Shown: one piece after another, positions 47,585 to 60,959 of the stretch
How positions within the stretch are numbered: the stretch's first letter is position 1
Layout: every line of letters begins with the position of its first letter
From: Malacoraja senta
Taxonomy: Eukaryota
DNA: 64,000 nt
Direction: 5' to 3'
NCBI GenBank assembly: GCA_038087875.1
Contig: CM075988.1
Coordinates: 4,340,001 to 4,404,000 of the forward strand
Position numbers and translations under genes: made by a program
Notes under the pieces: generated by a model
What the model was told of the DNA's origin: nothing
Databases searched by the model: none
Seen by the model: only the letters and a program-made list of their open reading frames with translations

Positions 47585-48052
47585 TTTAGATATTAGACGT
47601 TGGAGATACGGCGCGGAAACAGGCCCTTCGGCCCACCAGGTCCGCTCCGACCAGCGCTCACCCCGTACACGAACACGATCCTGCACACTGTAAACAATGG
47701 ACACGAAAAGCTGGAGTAACTCAGCGGGTCGGACAGCATCCCTGGAGAAAAGTCATTCCTTTCGCTGTCTGACCCGCTGAGTCACTCCAGGTTTTTGTGC
47801 CCATCTTCGGTTTAAACCAGCGTCTGCAGTTCCTTCCCACACACAGGGTCAATTTACAACTTTGACAAAGCCAATTGACTTACAAACCTGTATGTCCTTG
47901 TAGTGTGGGTGAAAACTGGAGCACCCGGTGGAAACCCACGCAGGTCACGGGGAGAACATACAAACTCCGTACAGACAGCACCCGTAGTCAGGATGGAACC
48001 CGGGTCCCTGGCGCTGTAAGGCAGCAACTCTACCGCTGAGCCACCATGTTGC
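47585..48052 (-). mobile_element. HE1-type SINE interrupted by a foldback Penelope-derived repeat (~47695-47845)
   Basis: SINE halves flank ctggagtaactcagcggg...cccgctgagtcactccag. Confidence 0.8.
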
Positions 48053-48096
48053 TCCTTCTTCAGAACTTTGGGGAAATTGAAGAATTAGCGCAGATA

Positions 48097-48330
48097 ACAA
48101 TAGACAATAGACAATAGGTGCAGGAGTAGGCCATTCGGACCTTCGAGCCAGCACCACCATTCACTGTGATCACCCACAATCAGTACCCCGTTCCTGCCTT
48201 CTCCCCATATTTCTTCACTCCTCTATCTTTAAGAGATCTATCTAACTCTCTCTTGAAAGCCTCCAGAGAATTGTCCTCCACTGCCTTCTGGGGCAGAGAA
48301 TTCCATAGATTCACAACTCTCTGTGTGAAA
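48097..48330 (-). mobile_element. CR1 LINE 3' end
   Basis: FTQRVVNLWNSLPQKAVE...FKRELD...GEKAGTGY. Confidence 0.85.
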
Positions 48331-48589
48331 CTAAAAAATAATTTAGAGATTAGGTTGATTATGAGGAGAATCAAATACACAGGACAAGATGTTAAGAAGT
48401 CCCTTGTGCCAATAGGTGGGGAGCATTTCACGACATTCGTTGTTGTTGAGAGTGGTAGACGCTCAACATCGGGGGAGGGGGGGGGGGTAACCTTCAGGAC
48501 AGTTGGGCACAGGACACATCATCAGAGTAAATTAGGAAGAATTGTGTGGAAATAATTGTGGGAGATTAGACAGGTAGAAAATCGGAACA

Positions 48590-48847
48590 GAAGAACATTA
48601 GAGCATAACAATTTGCTACCAATATTCCCTCTACCCAAGGATGATAAGGAATGGAATTTGTTACCACCCAACACACGTGCTGCTCCCGATGTTAAGTCAT
48701 TTAAAAAGGGGAGTGAGCAACTAGATCTCCTCAACTTGGTCAAAAAGGCCCACTTCAAAATTTAATGGCTACTCTACTCACTCCGACCTGTGCGAGATAA
48801 CCACTGACGAGGTGTTTGCGCAGTAATCAACCAGAACCAGAACCAGG
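48590..48847 (+). mobile_element. LINE 3' end with (AACCAG)n tail
   Basis: KEWNLLP...VKSFK C-terminal motif, stop, then aaccagaaccagaaccag. Confidence 0.55.
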
Positions 48848-49509
48848 ACTAGGAGCTGAATCAGCCATTGTCCTCTCGAATCTGCTCGGTCATTCTCCAA
48901 GCCATTGAAAAATATCTGATCTTACACCCTTCCTTAGTTCAAACCTCCGGACGTTATAATCTCTCACTTTCTTCCTTTTAATTACAAAACCAGTTTCTTC
49001 CCCAGTCACAGAACCGACCCACATCCCTCTGCCACTCTTAGTAACCTTCCATCAAGAGTAATTCACATTCTGATTGGTAAGATGTTCATGACATCCAGCA
49101 GTTCACGTGCTCCTTCAATGCTCATTCAAATCTCTTTCAAATATCTTGTTTTTTCCTCCTCAATGAAATAGTCTGTAATTGACAAATTTACACCTTCCAC
49201 CTTTTCTCAATGAACCCTACGCTTCTTGAGGAGAACACTGCAGCAACTATGGACAATATGATCGAATATGACAGTTTCTTTGATGATTCTATTATGGCTG
49301 TTATTTGGTCTGTTAATTAAAAAATTGTTCTTCTATTCTTTGAATACATGCTCTTCCTTACCTTTGTGTATTTGAATCATTAAGCCCAATATAAGATGAT
49401 TAAGGTTTGTTGATAATTGTCCATTAAGTGAATAAATGAATAAGATTGTAAAAAAGCAATGAGACACGTTGAGAATCAGAAGGCAGGGGGAGAAATTGCT
49501 AGAGGTTTG

Positions 49510-50170
49510 CGTGGCATAGTGGCGCAGCGGTAAAGTTGCTGCCTTACAGCGCTTGCAGCGCCAGAGACCCGGGTTCGATCCTGATTACGGGCGCTGTCTG
49601 TACGGAGTTTGTACGTTCTCCCCGTGACCTGCTTGGGCTTTCTCCGAGATCACAAGGGTGATCTCCGAGATCTTCGGTTTTGACCCAAAACGTCATCTAT
49701 TCCATTTTTTCTCCAGAGATGCTGCCTGGCCTTCAGAGTTAGTCCAGCATTTTGAGTCTATCTTCTTAAAGTCAATGTTGGATCCAAATGTTGGATCAAC
49801 ATTAGATCCAAAAGACTGTAGGGTATCCTAATGTTGTGTTTCAAGCTCACATTGTGGTCCAGTGCAACAGTATAGAGGGTGAAAAAGGGATAGACTTTAG
49901 ATACAGCGGGAAAACAGGCCATTCTGCCCACCAAGTCCACGCCAACCCAATACACTAGTTCTATCCTACACACTAGGGACAATTTTACCGAAGCCAATCA
50001 ACCTACAAACCTGTACATCTTCGGATTGTGGAAGGAAACCGGAACAACCAGAAAAAACCCACACGGTCTCAGTGAGAACGTGCAAACTCCATATAAACAG
50101 CACCCGTAGTCAGGATCAAACCCGGGTCTCTGGCACTGTGAGGCAGCAACTCTATCACTGTTCCACTATG
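49510..50170. mobile_element. HE1-type SINE copies (49510-49680 +, 49893-50170 -)
   Basis: Head and core motifs. Confidence 0.8.
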
Positions 50171-51486
50171 AGGGGATATAGAGAGTCATTCATAGAGTCA
50201 TAGAGCCCGACATCCCTGCTGACCAAGATGCCCCATCTAACCTAGTCCCATTTGTCCACAACTGGTCCTAATTTCTCTGAACCTTTCCTTTCGTTGTATC
50301 TGTCCAAATGTTTTTAAAATGCTGTTATTGTACCTGCCCCAACGAACTCCTCCGGCAGCTCGTTCCATATACCCAGCACACTCTGAGTGAAAAGGTGGCC
50401 ACACACGATCCTACTAAATCTTTCCCTCTCACCTTAAACCTATGTCCTCTGGTTCTTGATTCCCCCAACACTAGGTAAGAGACTCAGAATGGGAGTCAGA
50501 GTTAAAATGGCAGGCAAATATCTCGCTGTGAGGATGACCCTAAACATATAAATTTAATGGTTTATTTAACATAATTTCACATTCCTGAACACTAAAGAGG
50601 TAAGCTATTTACATGATAATCCTACAGACATCAACGTTAGGGTGCCTGTTCCACATGTTGGAGGTCCCTCATCCAAAACGACTGCACATACGTGTTCACA
50701 TATGGAACAATAGTCTGGTCCGCAGGCAATTATGAACCAACACCTTTGTCCAGACCTGACATTTGGGTTCGAAGACTGAAGGCCTGGAGGGGAGAAGGAT
50801 GGCTCGTTGGCGAACCGACTAAGGTGATGGCTGCAATGGGCCTTTATGGCCATTGGCAGCTCGGGCTGTGTAAAATGGCACCAAAATGTGTTGACTGTTG
50901 CAATTGGACTCAGTGGACCGCTTCTATGCAATGGGGACTTCATCAGGAATTGTCTTTATGTATGGTAATAATCTCACCAGCCTATATGCAAAACAATGGC
51001 AGCGGTAGAGTTGCTGCCTTATAGCACTTACAGCTCTAGAGACCCAAGTTCGATCTCGACTCTGGGTGCTGTCTGTACGGAGTTTGTACGTTCTCCCCGT
51101 GACCGCGTGGGTTTTGGAATGGAATACTTTATTGTCACGTGACAAGTCACAGTGAAATTCTTTGCTTGCATACCCAAGGCATGCAAATAGACATGCTGAG
51201 TCAGGAAAACATACAGCAGAGAAATAGGCCATTCACTCTCACCTCTGCCATAGCGACCATCACACACCCACTGATACTGAACCCAATTATTACCACTTAG
51301 TCTGTGGCCATTTTGTTTTGACCCCCTTGCTCATTTTACATTGACCTAACTTTAAGAATAAGGGGGAGGCCATTTAGGACTGAGATGAGGAAAAACCTTT
51401 TCACCCAGAGAGTTGTGAATCTGTGGAATTCTCTGCCACAGAAGGCAGCGGAGGCCAATTCACTTGATGTTTTCAAGTGAGAGTTA

Positions 51487-52780
51487 AGGGCCTGTCCCAC
51501 TTAGGCGACTTTTTAGGCGAGTGCAGGAGACTCTGCGCTCTGGTGGTCTCTGGTGAGTCTCCTTCATGGTCGCGAGGAGTTCCCGCATTCTGGGAACTAG
51601 TCGCGGCCTCAGTATGGTCACCACAAATTTGTCAACATGTTGAAAAATTTTCTGCGACCAAAAATTGGTTGCCATGGAGAAAATTTTGTAGTGGTAGGTG
51701 CAATTGTAGTGGGGTTGCCATGTAGTTATCAAGTCCAGTCACATTTATTTATATAGCACATTTAAAAGCAACTCTCGTTGACCAAAGTGCTTTACATTTG
51801 TTATAAGAATAATATAAACAAACAAACTACATACATATATACATGTAGCCCTCGCTCAGAGGACGTCAGGAAAGGCTTGGGAGAACAGATAAGTTTTTAG
51901 TCTTGACTTAAAGGAGTCGATGGAGGGGGCAGTTCTGATGGGAAGGGGGATGCTGTTCCACAGTCTAGTAGCTGCAACCGCAAAGGCGCGGTCACCCCTG
52001 AGCTTATGCCTAGACCGTGGGACATTCAGCAACCCCAAGTCGGCTGATCTGAGGGACCTGGAGGTGGAGTGGTGGGTGAGAAGACTTTTAATGTAGGTGA
52101 GGGCAAGCCCATTGAGGGCTTTGTAGACATGGAGGAGGATCTTGAAGTTTATACGGAACCGCACAGGGAGCCAGTGGAGAGAGGCCAGGATCGGGGTGAT
52201 GTGGTCCCTTTTTCGGGTGCCCGCCAGGAGTCTCGCTGCGGCGTTTTGGACCAGTTGCAGGCGGGACAGGGAAGATTGGCTGATGCCAGTGTAAAAGGAG
52301 TTGCAGTAATCTAGGCGGGAGGAGATGAATGTGTGGATGATCTTTTCGAGGTCATCAAACTGGAGGAATTGTTTTATTTTAGCTATTGTCCGAAGCTGAA
52401 AGAAGCTAGCTTTTACCACGGCATTGACTAGTTAGTCAAATTTCAGTGCTGAGTCAAATATCACGCCAAGGTTTTTGAAGTGAGGTTTGAGTAGTGGGGT
52501 AAGGCTTCAAAGGCTGCCTGCTATCATTTTGATTGAGTCCGAGGGGCCGAGAAGGATGACCTCAGACTTACTCTCGTTTAGTTATGGATAGTCGAGGTAG
52601 TCGTAGGTAGTTTAGTTAATCGCCTTTGCTGACAAGGCATTTTCATAGGCTCATTGGGGAAAAAAAGTAAGCATGAGTTTTCAGAACCAAGGAAAACCGA
52701 CCGGTAATGTTAAATGCCCGCCAAATTTCACAGCTATGTATCTATGGCTTCTTGAAAGTTGTCTGGCTTCTTAAAGGTTA
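51487..52780 (+). mobile_element. Harbinger-type MITE (left part), inserted in CR1 at TTA, interrupted by L2, running into the C/T array
   Basis: TIR agggcctgtcccacttaggcga; 52586-52780 matches ~60390-60550. Confidence 0.8.
51730..52578 (-). mobile_element. L2 LINE 3' portion
   Basis: ORF 51856-52419: SRLDYCNS, LQLVQNAAARLL, HITPILASLHWLPV, GDRAF..LWNS; L2-type 3' end gtaaagcactttg...tgctatataaataaa; tagttat on both sides. Confidence 0.9.
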
Positions 52781-54274
52781 CTCCCCCCCTTCTCCCCCCC
52801 CCCCTTCTCCCTCTCCCCCCCCTTCTCCCTCTCCCCCCCCTCTCCTCCCCCCCCCTTCTCCTCCCCCTCCCTTCTCCTCCCCCTCTTCTCTTCCCCCCCC
52901 CTTCTCCTCCCCCCCTTCTCCTCCCCCCCTTCTCCTCCCCCCCCTTCTCCTCCCCCCCCTTCTCCTCCCCCCCCTTCTCCTCCCCCCCCTTCTCCTCCCC
53001 CCCTTCTCCTCCCCCCCCTTCTCCTCCCCCCCCTTCTCCTCCCCCCCCCTTCTCCTCCCCCCCCCTTCTCCTCCCCCCCCTTCTCCTCCCCCCCCCTTCT
53101 CCTCCCCCCCCCTTCTCCTCCCCCCCCTTCTCCTCCCCCCCCTTCTCCTCCCCCCCCTTCTCCTCCCCCCCCTTCTCCTCCCCCCCCTTCTCCTCCCCCC
53201 CCTTCTCCTCCCCCCCCCTTCTCCTCCCCCCCCCTTCTCCTCCCCCCCCTTCTCCTCCCCCCCCTTCTTCTCCTCCCCCCCTTCTCCTCCCCCCCTTCTC
53301 CTCCCCCCCTTCTCCTCCCCCCCTTCTCCTCCCCCCCTTCTCCTCCCCCCCTTCTCCTCCCCCCCTTCTCCTCCCCCCCTTCTCCTCCCCCCCTTCTCCT
53401 CCCCCCTTCTCCTCCCCCCCTTCTCCTCCCCCCCTTCTCCTCCCCCCCTTCTCCTCCCCCCCTTCTCCTCCCCCCCTTCTCCTCCCCCCCTTCTCCTCCC
53501 CCCCTTCTCCTCCCCCCCCTTCTCTCTCCCCCCCTTCTCTCTCCCCCCCTTCTCCTCCCCCCCCTTCTCCTCCCCCCCCTTCTCCTCCCCCCCCTTCTCC
53601 TCCCCCCCCTTCTCCTTCCCCCCCTTCTCTCCCCCCCATCGCCCCCCTTCTCCCGCCCCCCTTCTCCCGCCCCCCTTCTCCCGCCCCCCTTCCCTCCCCC
53701 CTTCCCCCCCCTTCCCCCCCCCCTTCTCCCCCCCTTTCTCCCCCCCTTTCTCCCCCCCTTTCTCCCCCCCTTCTCTCCCCCTTCTCTCCCCCCCTTCTCT
53801 CCCCCCTTCTCTCCCCCCTTCTCTCCCCCCTTCTCTCCCCCCCTTCTCTCCCCCCCTTCTCTCCCCCCCTTCTCTCCCCCTTCTCTCCCCCCTTCTCTCC
53901 CCCCTTCTCTCCCCCCTTCTCTCTCCCCCTTCTCTCTCCCCCCCTTCTCTCCCCCCCTTCTCTCCCCCCCTTCTCTCCCCCCCCTTCTCTCCCCCCCCTT
54001 CTCTCCCCCCCTTCTCTCCCCCCCTTCTCTCCCCCCCTTCTCTCCCCCCCTTCTCTCCCCCCCTTCTCTCTCCCCCCTTCTCTCCCCCTTCCCCTTCTCT
54101 CCCCCCTTCTCTCCCCCCTTCTCTCCCCCCCTTCTCTCCCCCCTTCTCTCCCCCCCTTCTCTCCCCCCCCTTCTCTCCCCCCCTTCTCTCCCCCCCTTCT
54201 CTCCCCCCCCTTCTCTCCCCCCCCCTTCTCTCCCCCCCCTTCTCTCCCCCCCCTTCTCTCCCCCCCCTTCTCTC
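52781..54274. repeat. Long polypyrimidine array, (C6-7TTCTCCT)n then (C6-7TTCTCT)n
   Basis: Seen directly; almost no A or G on the + strand. Confidence 0.97.
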
Positions 54275-54474
54275 NNNNNNNNNNNNNNNNNNNNNNNNNN
54301 NNNNNNNNNNNNNNNNNNNNNNNNNNNNNNNNNNNNNNNNNNNNNNNNNNNNNNNNNNNNNNNNNNNNNNNNNNNNNNNNNNNNNNNNNNNNNNNNNNNN
54401 NNNNNNNNNNNNNNNNNNNNNNNNNNNNNNNNNNNNNNNNNNNNNNNNNNNNNNNNNNNNNNNNNNNNNNNNNN
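54275..54474. other. Assembly gap (200 N)
   Basis: Run of N. Confidence 0.99.
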
Positions 54475-55169
54475 TTGGGGCAGCAGTATTACAGAAGCTT
54501 GGAGTGATCAAGAACCGTGCCCTTAACAGGGGCACCACCCAGCGATGAGATATTAATGTGACCGTATCAGCAGCCTACAGATACTGGGAACAAGCCAGAA
54601 AAAACACAAGAAAGCAAAAGGAACCCGAGAAGGAACGATCTATATTTTAATGCGGTAATCACGGCGTTGTTTACTTGTTTTTATTCTGTGAAGGGTCAAC
54701 TGTGTCAGAAACAGTCTCGTCGGCCATAACATTTTAATTGAAAGCATTGGTTTTGATCAATGCTGATCCTAATTGTTTTCTTTTGGAATATCTCAGTGAA
54801 TCTGTGGTTTGGAGTTACAACAGTTTAAAACAGTAGAGAGACACAAAATGCTGGAATAACACAGTGGGTCAGGCAGCATCGCAACGTGTGTAGTTTGTAG
54901 CCCTTCTTTGAATACTTGAAGGGGCTGCTCCTCAAGTTGTGGCTGCACTTCAGCGCCTCCCCTTCTGCCTTTGAACCTGCAATAAACTTGCTTTCACAAA
55001 AGACAAAGTGTGGATGTTTGTCCTTGGCCTAAGGTTCAGGAGCCGGCCAATACCAGCTTCCGCTTTACTGCAAGTGACCCAGACTGTGACCTTGTTATAT
55101 GGCGTAACAGCGGAAGTGATTAAACGTGTCTTTAAAAGTGTCCACGTGTAAACAGTTGCAAGCTGCAGA

Positions 55170-55625
55170 CAGACACTAAATGCTGGAGTAACTCAGCGGG
55201 TCAGGCAGCATCTCTGGAGACAAGGAATAGGTGACGTTTTGGGTCGAGACCCTTCCTCAGACTGAAAGTCAGGGGAAAGGGAAGCGAGAGATATAGAAGG
55301 TACAGAAAAGTACTGTCAACAATGGACAGCAGTGGGCTCCTGGGTCGTCAGTGCCAGCTCCGATGATTAAAGAGCCCACAATGGTCCATTGTTGACTGTG
55401 GAAGAAGTGATAAGGAGGGGTCACAAACAGTAAAACTACCAGGACGATTGGGGTGGGGGAGGGACGGAGAGAGAGGGAATTGAACGGTCATTTGAAATTG
55501 GAGAAATCAATATTCATACCGCTGGGTTGTAAGCTGCCCAAGTAAAGTATGTGGTGCTGTTCCTCTAATTTGATCTGGTGTAACTCTGCCAGTGGAGGAG
55601 GCCCAGAACTGAAAGTTCAGTATGG
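55170..55625 (-). mobile_element. Penelope-like 3' end
   Basis: Terminal repeat with hammerhead-like core (~55231-55263) and ORF C-terminus homologous to 57207-57345. Confidence 0.7.
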
Positions 55626-56691
55626 GTATTAATTGATACTTTATTATTACATGTGACATGTCACAATGACATTATTTGTTTTGCTACCGTACACAAGGTA
55701 TGCAAAGAGTCTCCACCTAAAGGGTGCCACCAAAGTTACAAGTGTTCAATGTAGTCCCAATGGTCTCTCTTTGTTCATATCATAAGTGATTGAAGCAGAA
55801 TTAGGCCATTCGGCCCATCAACACTACGCCATTCTATCTATGGCTGATCTCTCTCCCTCCTAACCCCATTCTCCTGCCTTCTCCCCATAACCCCTGATAC
55901 CCGTACTTATCAAGAATCTATCTATCTTGCTTTAAAAATATCTGTTGACGACCTCCACAGCCTTCCTTGGCAAAGAATTCCACAGATTCACCGCCCTCTG
56001 ACTAAAGAAATCCCTCCTCATCTCCTTCATAAAGGAACGTCCCTTAATTCCGAGGCTTTGTTCTCTTGGGGGCCCCCCATGCCGGGTCCCTCCCTGTTCC
56101 CGGCGCCCGCCCCCCCCCCCCACTCCCCCGTGCCGGGTCCCCCTTGTTCTTGAATGTGTAGGGGGGATAAAATGTTTGGTAACCAGGAGTGCAAGCTGCT
56201 CCCGGGATGAAACTGAAATAAAATGGGCTCAAAAGTTCCTTCAACCATAATGAGTTCCAATCACGGCGGCTGGGAATTTAAATTCAGATAATGAGTTGTG
56301 TTCCAGAATAAAAAGCTAATAGCAGTAATAGTGTCCATTAAACTCCCCGGATTTCACATCACAATCTCGTAGCAAGAGCAGAAAAGAATTAGCAATCTTT
56401 AACACAGAGGCAAATGCATTAATAAAGGCTGGTGGCTGGTTTGAAGAACGGCATAGAGATGCCTCCCAGCGTGAGGATTAGCATGTGTGATGCTGCTGAC
56501 TGTGGCCAAATGTCGCTCAGAGAATATAAAAAAGAATCAGAGACTAAATAACAGAGAATAAAATCAGAGTTATGTCTTAATTAACAGTTTGTTCATCTCA
56601 GTTAATTGCTGTGTAGTGTGCAGTGCTGGTCGCCACGTTACAGGAAGGATATGAAGGCTTCTGAGGGGGTGCAGAAATGCTTCACTAGGAT

Positions 56692-56886
56692 AAACACAAA
56701 ATGCTGGAGTAACTCAACGGGACAGGCAGCATCTCTAGAGAGAAGAAATGGGAAGGGTCTTGACCCGAAACGTCACCCATTCCTTCTCTCCAGGATGCTG
56801 CCTGTCCCACCGAGTTACTCCAGCATTTTGTGTCTGTCTTTGGTTTAAACCAGCGTCTGCATTTCCTTCCAACACATGTTGGCTGG
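56692..56886. mobile_element. Foldback Penelope-derived repeat with TSD inside a CR1 fragment (56605-57000)
   Basis: TSD ttcactaggat / ttcaccaggat. Confidence 0.7.
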
Positions 56887-57004
56887 TTCACCAGGATGCT
56901 GTCTGGATTAGAGGTTATTGGCTATGAAGAAACGATGGACAAACTTGGATTGTTTTTGTTCAGGAGCGTGGAGGCTGAAGGGAGACCTGAGAGAAGTTTC
57001 TGAA

Positions 57005-57615
57005 CGAAGATAGACACAAAGTGCTGGAGTAACTCAGCGGACAGGCAGCATCGCTGGCGAGAAGGAATGGGTGACGTTTAGGGTCGAAACCCTTCTTCAG
57101 ACTGATGTCATGGGAGTGGGTGGGAGAAAGATAGAATGTAGTCTGGACAATAAGACTGGTGGGAGAACAGGGAAGGGGAGGGCATGGAGGGAGAGGGAAA
57201 GCAAGGGTTACTTGAAGTTAGAGAAGTCAATGTTCATACCGCTGGGGTGTAAGCTGCCCAAGCAAAATATGAGGTGCTGTTCCTCCAATTTGCGCTGGGC
57301 CTCACTCTGACAATGGAGGAGGCCCAAGACAAAAAGTCAGTGCGGGAATGGGAAGGGGGAGTTAAAGCGTTGAGCAACCGGGAGATCAGATAGTTTAAGG
57401 CAGATTGAGCGGAGGAGTTGGCGAAAACGATCGCTGAGCCTGCGCTTGGTCTCACCGATGTACAGAAGTTGACACCTGGAACAGCGGATACAGTAGATGA
57501 GGTTGGAGGAGGTGAACCTCTGCCTCACAGAAAGGACCGTCTGGGTCCTTGGACAGAGTCGAGGGGGGAGGTAAAGGAACAGGTGTTGCATCTCCTGCGG
57601 TTGTTGGGGAAAGTA
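57005..57615 (-). mobile_element. Penelope-like element: GIY-YIG endonuclease remnant and 3' terminal repeat
   Basis: SSNLIYCIRCSRCQLLYIGETKRRLSDRF; hammerhead-like core at 57071-57103. Confidence 0.88.
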
Positions 57616-57632
57616 TAACATACAATGTGGGA

Positions 57633-57897
57633 GGCATGTGGCAGTGGTGGTCGAGTTGCTGCCTTACAGCACCAGAGACCTGGGTTCCATTCTAAATACG
57701 GGTGCTTTCTGTACGGAGTTTGTACCTTCTCCCCGTGACTGCGTGAGATTTCTCCTGGTGCTCCAGTTTGCTCCTACACTCCCAAGACGTACAGGTTTGT
57801 AGGTTAATTTGTCCTTAGTGAATGGGGATCGCTGGTAGGCGTGGATACGGTAGGTTGTAGGCCCTGTCTCCATGCTGTATCTCTAAACTAAACTAAA
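57633..57897 (+). mobile_element. HE1/V-SINE-type SINE
   Basis: Head, core, tail. Confidence 0.8.
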
Positions 57898-58265
57898 TGT
57901 ATAGTGTATTTGAACAGGTCACACAGAATAGAAATATTAAAGACTACAGGGCATAGCTTTAAGGTGAGAGGAAGATAACATTTAAAGGAGATGTGCGGGT
58001 ACAATATTGACACAGAGTGGTGGGTGCCTTGAAGGCGGTGTCAGGGATGGTGATAGGGAGGGGTTGCTGGTGGAAGTACACACAAGAGTGGTGTCTAAGA
58101 TGCATTTAGATGGGCACATGAACATACAGAGAATGGTGGAATATGCATCAGTTGCAGGCAGATGGGTTAGTTGAATTTGGCATCATTTTTGGCACGGACC
58201 TTTCATGAGCTGAAAGGTCTATTGTACGATGTTGTACTATTCTATCTTCTGTATTCATTTCATTT

Positions 58266-58587
58266 CACGGTGGCCGCGGGTGATAGCGCAACTGGCCTTA
58301 TAGCGCCAGTGACCCGGGTTTGGTCCCGACTGCGGGGTGCTTGTTTGTACAGAGTTGATACGATTTGTCCGGGTGTTTCGCTTTCCTACCACATTCCATA
58401 GACGTGGAGATTTGCAGGTTAATTGGCTTCTGCAAATTATCTCCAGTGTGTGTAGGATAGTGTTAGCATGCGGGGATTGCTGGGCGAAGCGGCTCGGTGG
58501 GCCGAAGGGCCTCTTTCTGCACTGTATCTGTAAACTAAACTAAACTAAACTCACCTGAACTAAACTAACTAAACTAAAAACTAAACT
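58266..58587 (+). mobile_element. HE1/V-SINE-type SINE (diverged)
   Basis: Core and long (taaac)n tail. Confidence 0.75.
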
Positions 58588-58850
58588 GTTATACTGCTGT
58601 GCTGAGATATTCCAGTATTTGTATTGTCAATCTACCTGCACCAGTATTGGGGTTATCAATTAATTGAATATTTTTGTATTATATATTATCAACGTGTATG
58701 GTGCTGACAGGCCTGTTATGCTGCTGCAAGTAAGAATGTCATTGTTTCATTGCTGGGACATACAATAATTAAACATTATTGACATGACTCTCTCTTGACC
58801 TCTGACCTGTTGCACATAATGCATCGCTCGGATATATTCATGTCTAGTAC

Positions 58851-59230
58851 GTGTAGGAAGGAACTGCAGATTCTTGTTTACACCAAAGATGGACACAAAA
58901 TGTTGGAGTAACTCAGCGGGTTAGGCAGCATCTCTGGAGCAAAGGACCAGGTGACATTTCGGGTTGTAACCCTTCTTCAGTCTCAGACTTGAGGGGGGGG
59001 GGGGGGGGGGGGAAACTGAAGGTATGAAAAGTTACAGAACAAATCAGAGTCACCACCGATGACCCAGGAGGCCATTATGGTCCATTGTTGCCTGTACCTA
59101 TTTTGTACTTTTTCATTCCCTCTCCCCTGACTCTTGGTCTGAAGAAGAGTCTCGACCCGAAACGTCACCCATTCCTTTTCTCCAGAAATGCTGCCTGACC
59201 CGTTGAGTTACTCCAGCAATTTGTGTCTAT
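58851..59230. mobile_element. Foldback Penelope-derived repeat with two opposed hammerhead-like cores
   Basis: Cores at ~58951-58981 (-) and ~59140-59170 (+). Confidence 0.75.
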
Positions 59231-59307
59231 CATCATGTATTGTATTATCTGCTTTGATTAAATGGCATTCAAGCAGATGTTTTCCACTGTATCTCGGCAT
59301 TGTGGTA

Positions 59308-59601
59308 CCTTACAGCGCTTGCAGTGCCGGAGTCCCGGGTTCGATCCTGACTACGGGTGCTGTCTGTACGGAGTTTGTACGTTCTCCCCGTGACCTGCGT
59401 GGGTTTTCTCCGAGACCTTCGGTTTCCTCCCACACTCCAAAGACGTACAGGTTTGTAGGCTAATTGGCTTGGTGTAAGTGTAAATTGTCCCTAGTGTGTG
59501 TGTGTCGGGTGGTGTTAGTATGTGGGGATCGCTGGTCAGCGCCGACTCGGTGGTCCAAAAGGCCTGTTTCCGCGCTGTATCTCTAAACTAAACTAAAACT
59601 A
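59308..59601 (+). mobile_element. HE1/V-SINE-type SINE (near consensus)
   Basis: B-box, core, tail. Confidence 0.88.
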
Positions 59602-60042
59602 ATCGTGTGACATTAATAAACCTCTCCCTGAAGGAGGGAAACTCTAATTAAGGCAATCTTCCTGTTTAAATAAGCATAATATTTATTTGAAAATTAAAGC
59701 AAGCTAGTACATAGAAAATGGAGCATTTATTCAAGACATACTTGTTTGATCTGTGGTAGTGTCTCCGTGCCTACATGAACCAATCTGGGAAAAGACTACA
59801 CTTGAAACGTGGAAATTTAGAAGGTATTTTAGTCATTGTTATTGTCAGAATTCCTTTGATCAATTCTGCTGTTGTTTCCTTCTGTAGACCAGTCAAAGCT
59901 CGTGAAGTTTTAGGGTTATTAATGTTACCCTTTTGAAAGAAAAATCTTTCAAATTTAAAATAAAAGCAGAAATATGGAAATGCTCAGCAGATTTTATAGA
60001 GGTTTGAACATTTTCTAAGGAAACCTACTCGAGGATCAGCTA

Positions 60043-60843
60043 TGGGCCTGTCCCACTTAGGCGACTTTTTAGACGACTGCAGGAGACTTATGGGCCTGTC
60101 CCACTTAGGCGACTTTTTAGGTGACTGCAGGAGACTATGCAGTCGCCACATGGTCGCCACATGTTCGCGGGTAGTTGCCGGGGAGTCGCCTTCATGGTCG
60201 TGAGGTGTTCCCGCATTCTGGCAACTGGTCGCGGCTTCATTATGGTCGCCGTGAATGTTTCAACATGTTGAAAAATTAGCGGTGACTAGAATGAAGCCGC
60301 CATGGAGAGTAGCGCGAATTCTCGAGCCTAGGTGGTTCGCCAAGCGGTCCTAATGGGTTTTCCAGAAGGTCGAAGGTTCTCGGAGGTTCACGTAGGTTGT
60401 AGCTGGTGCTGACCGGTGAATTTCATTGGCTCATTTGGAGAAAAAAAAGGTAAGCAGTTGTTTTCAGAACCAAGGATAACCGACTGGTAATGTTAAATGT
60501 CTGCCGAGCTTCACAGCCGTGTATCTCTGTTTTCTTAAACGTTGTCTCCACTTCTTCTCCCCCCTTCTCCCCCTCCCTCTCCCCCTCTTTTAAAGGACTT
60601 ACCATACATTGTGCTTTAGCCATCTTTTTTACAGTGCCATCCTTCCTGTTCATCGCCGTGTGTGTCTGTTTCACCTTGGCTTTGCACCGTGTGAATTTTT
60701 TAGACAGCGCCCCCCCCTGCTTGCCCTGTCCCCCGCCTGCATAACGGGCTGGTGAAGGAAGCGATGTGTTTGTGTGTGTGTGTGTTCCACCTCTGACAGT
60801 CGCCGGAAGTCTGCTGAAAAATCGCCTAAGTGGGACAGGCCCA
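60043..60843. mobile_element. Harbinger-type MITE with duplicated left terminus
   Basis: TIR tgggcctgtcccacttaggcga / tcgcctaagtgggacaggccca; first 48 bp repeated at 60091. Confidence 0.85.
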
Positions 60844-60959
60844 TAACATTAAATTTAATTAGCAACGACTGTTTCACTATCTTCTTACACAGACCTCAGC
60901 CAAGGTCAGGGCTGAACCTAGCTGGGAGCTGTGTGAAAGCAGCGTATCTTTAAGCATGG

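Noticed and set aside
52707..54548. Extensin-like Pro-rich or Gly-rich ORFs of about 600 aa
   Set aside because: Artefact of the C/T array and the N gap, open in several frames on both strands
54475..54640. Possible host exon on the minus strand (pyrimidine tract, AG, open frame AADTVTLISHRW...)
   Set aside because: No recognisable protein, no donor site visible because of the gap, and no supporting neighbouring exons
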